Assembly (NCBI GenBank): GCA_003568945.1
Contig: BDIP01000073.1
Location: 1 to 33,600 of the forward strand
Direction: 5' to 3'
DNA length: 33,600 bases
From: Kipferlia bialata
Lineage: Eukaryota
Part shown: in pieces, positions 12,801-22,110 of the stretch
Position numbering within the stretch: position 1 is the first letter of the stretch
Layout: every line of letters starts with the position of its first letter
Translations under genes and position numbers: made by a program
Notes under the pieces: model-generated
Database searches by the model: none
The model's input: the letters and a program-made list of their open reading frames with translations, nothing else
What the model was told of the DNA's origin: nothing

Positions 12801-15693
12801 CAGACCCACGCAGACAAACGAGCACTCATTCACTTACCGAAGTTTCACCAACAATGGACAGCGACTGGCCGGAAGTTGTCGAGAAGGATATGCCACTGGA
12901 ACTCAGTTCGAGACCAGAGGACGCAAAGGACACAACTCCAGTGCTAACATCAATACCACCATCAGCAGCAAGGTCTCCAGCAACGACAACGCTGGTGGTG
13001 TCAATAGTGATAGGCTCATCAGCAGAAATGGACACATGGTCAGTGTCGTGGACGATGGTTAGGTGTCCGTCAGACAAATTGACCTCCCCAGCAGTCACTG
13101 TAGCGGCTGTCAGAGCACCGGAAACCGTAACATCTCCACCAAACTCGACTGCATCAGAGATTAGGAGATCCTCTCCGCTGGAAATCTCAAAGGATGTGCT
13201 TCCGGCATCATACTTGATAGAGAGTTCGTGCTCGCCAGTAACAAAGACGGTCTCGTCGGCCTCAAGAACCACTGAGGTAGCAGAGATGGTGAGATCAAGC
13301 CCGTCGGCGTCGATGTCGACACGACTGTTCAGAGAGGAGTAGGACACCTCAAGGGCATCGTCCACAGTGAGAACGGGGGTGGAAACGCTACCAGTCACGT
13401 CAACAACGTCAGCAACGATTCCATTGGAAACGTTGATACCACTAGAGGCGGAGACGGCGGACACCATCTGGATCTGTCCGGCAGTGCAAGGGTTGAGGTT
13501 AGAGGCCACACACTCAGCGGAGAGAGTCACAGACCCGGCAGACCCAGAGTCTAGATCGGCAGACCCACTCGAGAGGGTCAAGGAACCACCAAGGCTCTTT
13601 CCAGCCCCTCCTGCCAGGGTGACATCTCCTCCGCTCTCGGAGTTTGATGCCTGACCGGTGATTGAGAACTCAGATCCTGCGCTGGTGAAATTGGTATCGA
13701 AACCAAGCTCATAGTCGCCAGGGTGGGACAGAGTGAGATCTCCGAGCTGCAGTGTATCGGTCTCGACAGTGACGGCATTGAGGGCAGTCACTGAGGTCGA
13801 TGGGGCAGAGAAGGAGATCTGAGTGTCGTGGGCGACGGTGGCAGCGTAAACAGAGCCAGACACGGTGAGGTCCCCTGATACAGAGACATCAACAGCATCC
13901 AGGGAGTCAGTCTGCACTGCACCGGACACTGACATGGACACAGCATCCAGGGACCCGTCCGCACCAAGGGTGACCACCGTGGTATCAGAGGAGTCCACCA
14001 CAGTGACAGCGCCAGAGGAACCCACGGCAAACTCTACAGACCCAGCCTCTACAGACACAGAGGACCCGGAGGAAGGAGAGATGGTGTCTGGTATGAGTGG
14101 CAGAATCCTATACCGTATATATATAGGAGTCCAGGCTGACACCACACTAACCTGTGAGAAGAGTATCAACCGCAAGATCGGAGCCAACGTGAACGATTCC
14201 AGTGTCAGACTTGATAAGCAGAGCCTCCCCATTAAGCGACTCTAGGACAGCATCAGTGCCGTCGTGAGAGAGAGAGAGAACCTGAAAGTGAATAAGGAAA
14301 AGAAGACGATCCCATTCATGCCAAGAAGCTATAGTCCATACCTGTGCGTCTGTGGCACCAACACCGAGGTCGGCAGTGATGTAGACTGCCTCTGAAGACA
14401 CAGTCGTGGCTAGAATACCACCAGACCCAGTGACAGTACCACTGAAGGTGGCGTCGGCACCAGAGATGGAGGACAGGAAGTTGACGGAACCTGGGGTACA
14501 CCCAAAGAGGTCAGAGGGGCACTCGGCAGAGAGAATGACGTCTCCCATCGTGCCAGTACTCGTCGGTGACCCGGCCGTAACCTCAACGTCTCCGCCCTTA
14601 TAGTCAGGAAAAAGTAGGAGGCGAGAACCAAAGAACAGTATTACAAAACGACGAGAGACGGACCTGAGTGACTCCGTTTCCGGCAGAAACCACAAGGTTT
14701 CCACCTGAGGCACTGACATTGGAGACCTGCATTCCACTGAGTGTCAGCAGTACAAAAGGAAAAGTATTCGATGCCCCCTACTCACTATCAATGTTTCAGT
14801 ATATATGTGAAGATACCTAATCGTGAAGTCTGGAGCGGCTCCACCGGTGTCGACAAGGGTCAGGGTAGGGGGATCGGCTGTGACCGTGATGGACCCAAGT
14901 GTGACATCCGTGGCGACAACGGCATCAAGAGTGGCAGTCCCAGAGACTACCACGTCACCCAGCTCCACAGTTCCATCGATAACCATAGACGCACTAGCAG
15001 AAGTTCCCGAAACTGTCATGGTCTCGGAAGAGGGATCGTATGTGAATCCATACGACTCAGAAGAGTCTCCAACAGAGAGAACAGGGGTTGTGACAGCGTC
15101 TGTCACTAGGTCGGTGACCTCAACAGAGGAGAGAGTGGTGAATCCTGTGACGTCAAGACTGCCGGCGACGGAGACGTCCTTCTGACAGTGAGAAAGGGAT
15201 GTGTGAGAGAGTTGAACATGTTAATACAACCCCACCTCGGCCTCCAGGGTCGACAGGACGCTGATCACACCAGAGGTAGACGCCGAGGTGCATCCATCAC
15301 ACTCGGCAGAGAGGACAACATCTCCGACAGAGTAAGACGCCACATCATCGTAACCACCACGAACCACGACATTGGCTCCGCTGTTGGTACCTGAGCCGCC
15401 CTTGATGATCACCTGAGGTCAAGTCACACTCAAACAACTATAGTATAGTAATGATGTGGTGACAGTACCTCCCCGGCGGGTACTGCGTTGTTGACCGAGC
15501 CCTGTCCGGCCACGGTGAAGGCCACAGTGGACCCAGAGACGACGTCCTCCATTTGGATGCTGGTAGCCCCATAGGTGGTAGTGCCAATGACAGCAGAAGT
15601 CGCTGTGACACTATCGGCATTGACCTCAGCGGCGGTAAGTGTCTGTCCTACAGAGAGATCGCCGGTGACACTGAGACCAAGGACATCAACACC
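892..15693 (-). CDS. Giant multi-exon T/S/V/G/D-rich beta-repeat protein (phage tail-fibre/spike-like), 5' end missing
   Basis: About 56 exons on the minus strand separated by short GT-AG introns, with largest exons ~12838-14087, 8584-9296 and 11155-11876. Recurrent motifs GDLTVxG, TITGQ..GGDVxIxGG and LSAEC-x(n)-C-x2-G. Terminal exon ends ...VITDYCAAYSDDPDCT* (TGA 892-894). The first visible exon is preceded by an acceptor (ttatcacccag), not a start codon. Confidence 0.85.
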
Positions 15694-15724
15694 TGGGTGA
15701 TAAGAAAAGAGAGAGAAGGAGAAA

Positions 15725-15790
15725 GGGGGGGGGGGGGGGGGAAACACGAAAAAAAAAAAAACCCCTCCGCTCCCCCCCCCCCCCCCCCTT
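15725..15790. other. Poly-G/poly-A/poly-C junction, probable collapsed assembly gap
   Basis: G-run, A-run and C-runs; genes on both sides lack their 5' exons and point away from this spot. Confidence 0.65.
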
Positions 15791-15842
15791 TGTCTCGATT
15801 GTGTGATACCTATATCAATCCCTATACTATATCTAACCGTAG

Positions 15843-16127
15843 GCCATGTGTGGGACTATGCCGTCTCTGTCCCCATTGTACATGCAGTGCTGTCTCTGTT
15901 GTACGACAGAGGGGCATACTCCCTGAGGGCACTGCTGCTAGGTATTAGTGTCACAAAGAATAACCCTCTTCTGTCACATATTCCCCTCATGTGCAGGCAC
16001 CCTCTCCATGCTGGTGGGCACCTGTGTGCTGCTAGTGGTGGGTGTGTACAGGGTGAGGCATCGGCTGGACACCATCACCAGTGTGCCCACCCCCAAGGAC
16101 AGGGACACCCAGCACAAGACAGAGTGA
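15843..16127 (+). CDS. SYS1/TMEM244-family Golgi membrane protein, last two exons
   Basis: Exons 15843-15941 and 15997-16127 give HVWDYAVSVPIVHAVLSLLYDRGAYSLRALLLGTLSMLVGTCVLLVVGVYRVRHRLDTITSVP...*. VWDYAxSVxIxH matches the SYS1/TMEM244 signature from memory. Confidence 0.6.
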
Positions 16128-16457
16128 TACTGAGTATGGTGGAGGGCACTACTCAAGTAGACAAGTGAGGGTGAGACACAACCATTGTACCCATGATTGA
16201 TTAGTGTAGAGAAGCTATTCCCAGCAGTGGTGAGTATAGTTGTATCCATGCATATTCCTATCGATCTCATGATGATCTACTCAGCTCTACTAGTCTTACA
16301 ATACACCTCGCGGGAACACGCATGACACAATACACTACAAATACAACGCTTAAAGGAATACAAACACAACACACTATGGGATCTGCGTCTGGTCCACCAC
16401 CCTGCCACTAGGGGTAGTCACAATACCATTGCACTGATACGGACTCGGAGAACACAC

Positions 16458-17903
16458 TCAGACCTGGGACACAGACCGAGATGACTTCTCTGGGGAGAGA
16501 TTGCTCTTGCTCGGGTATATCAACCAGCACACAGACAGAACCTCCAACTGGGGTGAGATAGGGGGAGTAATAGAAGTGACTGCGACACTTATCCATACGA
16601 GCTTAGCCTATCACACCTGATTGGATACTAGGTTACTGGCTGCCTCTATGTTCTGTCCCCACTGCTCCAGATAGGGTGCACATGCCCAGAGGGTGGCACT
16701 GAGGGCATAGGACACAGTCACACACGGCAGGATGGTCAGCTTCAGAGGCCGTCTGGGGGTCAGGCTACATATACAGAGTGCTTCCTCCATTATTGTGTGT
16801 GTATGTGTATGTGTATGTCCTCACTTGTGTGCCCCCACAATGGATGTCCTGCTGGAGGAGGGTCTCTTGAGAGAGTGGGAGTAGACAGACATGGCCACCA
16901 GGATGGCACTCAGGTGCACAACCTAGGGGTAAGGGGTGTGAGTATTATCACTATACACATGAGGAGGAAGAAGTGAGGTAGATCAAGAAGTAGGTGGGGA
17001 ATGTGCCAAATCAAGTGCCACACTGGTATGGCACCTGGGATATGAATAGCACTTTGTAGAGAGTCCTGACACCCCCCACGTGGGTTTCAGGGGACACGGG
17101 AGGGGTCTCAGAGTAAAGAAACCTGATGGTCAGTTACACCCGACATATAGAGGATAAAAGAGACATATACTAGACCGATATAACGCAATGCACGCAAACT
17201 TGGCACAGAAAGTATGAAAGGTGACCCACCTGTAAGTAAACACCGAGTCCCATATGCAGTCCCCAACTGCTGCTGTACCGAGCAGCACAGAGAGACAGAG
17301 ACTCAGCCTCTCAATGCGGCGGTATCGAGAGGGAGGGATCAGGCCATTGAATGTCTGGGGTCAGACTAGCCCATATATACCACTATTGACAGCGTGTATT
17401 CGGAGGCGTTACCACCTGGACAGCATATCGTAGCATGGGTACCCGGATACTGCCATAGTGGCATCACTCGAAACACTGCAACATGAAGCCATACCTTAAT
17501 GAATATTGCGTTTAGTGGGATAAGGAGCATTCCGCTGACCCCGAGGGTGAGGAATGTGAGCATGGGCAGTGACCAGTCTGGGATGGGGTGGAAGTCAGAG
17601 GTGTGCTTGTAGAGGGCAACAACGCCACTGATCATCCTAGTTGTAAGGGGGGGGGGGTGCACACCTACATACCACGATACAACATTTCCACGTACTCCAT
17701 AACATACGTCACGCTGATGTTCCTGAGCGATGTTGGGTGCCAGTGGGTGCGGCTGGGGTCAGGTCATGGGGGAGGAATGAAGCGTGACACCAATGAGAGA
17801 CCTACCTCTTTCTCCACATCAACAGACAGAAAGAATATGTCAGCTCCACCATAAAGGTCACGATTGCCACGGAGTTAATCAACTCCCATTGGGAGGCTTC
17901 CAT
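16458..17903 (-). CDS. Orphan multi-pass membrane protein with ~7 hydrophobic segments
   Basis: Phase-consistent manual splicing from ATG 17903: MEASQWELINSVAIVTFMVELTYSFCLLMWRK..NISVTYVMEMISGVVALY..WSLPMLTFLTLGVSGMLLIPLNAIFIK..LSLCLSVLLGTAAVGDCIWDSVFTY..TLYKVLFISQVVHLSAILVAMSVY..LTILPCVTVSYALSATLWACAPYL..NLVSNQLEVLSVCWLIYPSK..SQV*. The junction near 17360-17495 is uncertain. Confidence 0.65.
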
Positions 17904-18134
17904 CTCCAGTGTATGAGCGTATGAGTGTAGAAAGTCTACCTGTGTAAAGAAACAGAAATATGGCTTATTGATAACACGGCAGATTATAAAACTGCTAAAT
18001 CTGGAGAAAACCACAATCAATCATCTTAAAATAATGAGTGCACAATATCATCATTTTAGGCAGAAGATGATGTGTGGGACGTTTATCCGCACTTGGAGTA
18101 AAGGACTTCTCTTTAAGGCAACCATACATCATCA

Positions 18135-20556
18135 ATGAGGGACTTCACATTCAACGTAAGTGCTCCCACAGTTTTAGTGGTACATACACATCGTAAGAGG
18201 CCGGATATAGTTGTTAGAGTAGACAATGTGTATGGTGACATAATGACCGTTGATATATCAATTCCTGACCTCAGAACCCAACCAAGTACGTGCTCGGAGT
18301 TGACTCCGTCCGCGGCAGCCTTGGCAAGGAGCTCAAGAACCACGGCTTCAGCAAGCCCATGCTTCACTTTGGTGGGTATTTCTATATCGGTGTGACTCGT
18401 CAGTTCTGTACTTGTCAAGGATGTGTATGACTCCTGACCCTCAGGCTCTGGATCCATCAAGGCCAACGGTGCCTACGACGACGTTGTCGGATCCCTCCAG
18501 GAGGCCGGCATCGAGTGGGTTGAGGCCGGTGGCCAGAAGCCCAACCCCAGGGTCGAGATCTGCAGAGAGTGCATCAAGGTGAGTGACATATACTGACATA
18601 TACTGATATCCCGCTCATGTCTCCAAATCGGCCACACACACATATACACACCTTCATCTGTATCTCACCCCCCAGCAGTACAAGGCTGAGGGCTGCGACG
18701 TGATCGTTGCCGTTGGCGGTGGGTCCATTGTGGACTCTGCCAAGTGCATTGCAGTCGGTGTCAACCTCGAGGAGGGCGAGGACGTGTGGGGAGTGTGGGC
18801 CGGAACCACCACTGTACGTCACACACTGATATGTATCATATCCTCACTCTGTGTGTCCCTGTAGATCGTTTTGCTCACCCCCAGGCCACCTCTGGTGCCC
18901 CCATCTTCGTTGTGCTCACCCTCTCTGCCACTGCCTCTGAGATGAACAACGGAGCAGTCATCACTAACATGGTGCGGCTGGGCTCTGTTATATTCACACG
19001 TATCTTCCCGCTTATGGTTGTTCTATCATCATTCTCCAAGACCATTCATGATCTTACCCCCAGGCCCTCAAGCAGAAGTACGCCTACGGTGACTCCTTCA
19101 ACATGCCCGTCGTGTCCTTTGTGGACCCTAAGTACCAGGTAGTGTCTATAGGATGTGTCGGTGTAAATCTCACATCTCTGACATATCTCCCTCCAGACCC
19201 CTTACCCCCCAGGTGACCCTCCCCAAGTGGCAGACTGTCAACGGAGCTGTCGACACCATCACACACCTCACAGAGTTTGCATTCATGGCAGGTATGCTTC
19301 AGTATATATGTGTGTGTGTGTGTTGCCCTGGGGCTCTCTCTCTCTCTCCAACCCCCCCTCACCTCCAGCCTCTGCCACCGCCAAGGACGGCCTCCCCAAC
19401 ACCTCCCTCCACATGATCGAGGCCCTCATCAAGAGGTACCAGGGCCATGCCACACTCTGTCTGATGTGTCTGTGTTAGTGTCTTTGTTTAGTGTTTGATA
19501 TGTGCACCCTCTTACTTCCAGCCAGATCGAGAACTGCGATGCCCTCCTTGAGGACCCCACCAACATCGCCAGGTACACACAGAGGGTGTATACGAGTGTC
19601 AATGTTAGAATAGTTATATGTAGTCTCCTCTCTCTGTACATATGCCCCTGACCCCCAGGCGTGCTGACTTTGCCTGGGCTGCCACCTGCGGTCTCAACCA
19701 GATGACAGACTGCATGCTCGGAGGCGGAGACTGGTGTACGTGCATGTGGATAGTGTACATATATACACATCCTCCCCCCAATTGATGTTCCTCACCCCAA
19801 GGTGTGCACATGCTTGAGCACGCCATGTCTGCCGTGTCCTTCAACCTCTCCCACGGTGCCGGACTCGGAGTCGTGCTCCCCGGATACCTCCGCTTCTGCG
19901 ACAAGGTGCGTGTGGGTGTATGATGCATAGTATACCCGATGTACCCGTTACCTCCCCCTCACCCCAGGTTGCCAAGGGTGAGGTGACCAGGCCCGAGGGC
20001 AGGCCCCAGCCAGAGTGCCTCAAGGAGTTCCTCGCTCGCTACTGCAAGAACGTGTTCGGAGCCGGTACGCCTCGTGTTTATTTACTGCATGACCATCTCC
20101 ATATCTTGACTCACCCCAGACAGCGTCGAGGACGCCATCACCGCCTGGAAGGCCATCCTGGCCAGATGGGGCCACCCCACCAACATGTCCGAGATCTTTG
20201 CCGTCTATGACGACATCAAGGTGGGGGGATGCTCTAGGTCTCACACCTCTACCCTCTGCCTCCTCTCCCTTACCCCATGCCCCCTCTCCCTTACCCCATG
20301 CCTCCTCTCCCTTACCCCAGGACACCAACATGGACGAGACCCTCGACCAGATGACAGACATCACTGTCGGACGTGGATTCACAGGTGGGGAGCGTGACTA
20401 TACTATGTTGACTATACTATGTTGACTTACTGTACTATTTGGACATATGACATTGTCGCCCTTCCTCTATATATATGTCCCCTATCCTCACCGCCAGGCC
20501 AGCTTCTCTTCCCCTGCAAGGAGGAGGTGAGGCAGATCTACGAGCTCGCCAAGTAA
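18135..20556 (+). CDS. Iron-containing alcohol dehydrogenase, butanol-dehydrogenase (BdhA/YqhD-like) subfamily; 15 exons
   Basis: Spliced product MRDFTFNNPTKYVLG..HFGSGSIKANG..GGQKPNPR..IVAVGGGSIVDSAK..VLTLSATASEMNNGAVITN..SFVDPKYQVTLPKWQTVNGAVDTITHLTE..GGGDWGVHMLEHAMSA..SHGAGLGVVLP..EEVRQIYELAK*. Contains the GGGS nucleotide loop and the D/H/H/H metal ligands of Fe-ADH. Confidence 0.95.
20260..20320 (+). repeat. Three ~21-nt tandem copies of an intron 3' end in ADH intron 13
   Basis: cctctcccttaccccatgc x2 followed by cctctcccttaccccag; only the last copy has AG. Confidence 0.85.
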
Positions 20557-20960
20557 GGCATGAGTACATGTGTGTCCAGGGCTGATGTTTGTATTTGGAT
20601 GCAGTCCGAGTACTGCTTGGCAGATTGTGCCTGGACAATGTAGAATAGATCGACACTAGTGGAGGCGGTGATGCAATGCACAGAGGGAGGGAGTTTATAT
20701 GTAGTATGGTGATGCTTATAACAATTGAGATTCTGTATCAGGATGTGACCCATCATGAATTGGAGAAGCGGTAGGAAACCAAGGTTCTGATTCATATTGC
20801 GATATCTGAGATCGATTTGTTGTTTCAGGACTCAAGTATTCAGTGACTGATACAGTCATACATACAGTCACTCAATACGAGTCTCATATTGTCTATTTGT
20901 ATATGTGTACTGACTACGTGTTACTGCCAATGGTTATCAGCCATACCCCATCTCTACTGC

Positions 20961-21546
20961 CTAGGGGGGAGACGGGGGAGGTCTGGCCTTGGGTTTGGTC
21001 TTGTGGGACTTCTTGTGCTGCCTCTTTGACTTCTTGTCACCCTTACCCTTCTTACCCCTTCTAGGTACCTTGGCACTCTTGGGTGTGGTGTGATCTAAGT
21101 CTTTGCCCCGACATTCCTTGGCAGCCGTGGAGCTTGATTCTTGCTCAGTCTTAGGGTGTCTGGCCCTACGCTTCGACTATGTGAGTGTATTTAGGGTTCG
21201 AATCAATACTCTTACTTTGTCACAAGAATTCAAATCGAAACTTTCGATTCCTGAGTATAAGTAAGTATATATCTATCAGCAGTGACTAAAGGAGATCTGT
21301 CTTTCGAACTATAAGAATCACAAACACTGACCTCCTTCCTGCGCCGGTGCCACTTGTATATGGACCCTATGGGGAGTCGAATAGGAATGGCAATGCCTGT
21401 TCTCAATGGGTCAGAGGGGAAGACTATACTCAGAGACGCCATCAAACGGCTTCCGACTTCGTACCTGCCCCTATCAGTGGAATGGGAAGTGGTATAGGGA
21501 GCCGGAAATAGAAACACGGCCTCAGGCGCATGTTCCCTGTGATACT
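20961..21546 (-). CDS. Hypothetical protein with Lys/Arg-rich C-terminus (partial; 5' exons not resolved)
   Basis: Terminal exon 20961-21176 is open after an acceptor (ctcacatag): SKRRARHPKTEQ..KVPRRGKKGKGDKKSKRQHKKSHKTKPKARPPPSPP*. Three small upstream exons join in phase (YHREHAPEAVFLFPAPY../VHIQVAPAQEG/IESFDLNSCDK). Confidence 0.45.
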
Positions 21547-22110
21547 CTGGGCAGGGTGTGTAAGAAACAGTTGGATGGGGTCAGAGGAGTGATGGTACAA
21601 GAATCCTTACAACATCAAGTTCGCATACGACATTATGAGTCTATCTATGACTAAGTTGAGGGTTCGTAGTTCTTACACTTCGTAGGACCTTTTGCGAACT
21701 AGAAGTTCCAGCTACACGTGTCACAATGCAGGTGTGGGTATTCATTTAACACCGAGTAGACAGATGTTTACATGCAGTACGATCCCTACTAAGTATCCTG
21801 AAGATCATGCAAGTAGTCTGCAGGCTTTGACATTTGAATTAGTGGCGGCAGAAGCATACGAAGCACGTTATGGAGGATTAGCTACGGTGGTATTCTGTAC
21901 TTTGACATTCTGAGTCAAAACTGACGAGAGTGTCTAGAGTAGTTGTTTCGAGTGTATATATACCGTTCAATATCACCGTAGACTACTGTTGGTCACGCAT
22001 GTAGGGTCTACACTGTAGACTCTACAGTGTGGATTCTAGTAGGTAGATCCTCACTCAAGACTTGATTGTATCTGCTCTCTCTTCCACACTATCAACACTA
22101 GCTCTGCCAA

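Noticed and set aside
5422..15185. Long plus-strand ORFs (e.g. 11959-12549, 12788-13342, 8658-9080)
   Set aside because: Antisense shadows of the giant gene's exons; splice signals and coherent motifs are all on the minus strand.
892..15693. Prophage, endogenous virus or bacterial contamination
   Set aside because: The gene has dozens of host-type spliceosomal introns and no neighbouring viral genes, integrase or terminal repeats.
18113..18466. 117-aa minus-strand ORF
   Set aside because: Antisense to ADH exons 1-3 and their introns, with no recognisable motif.
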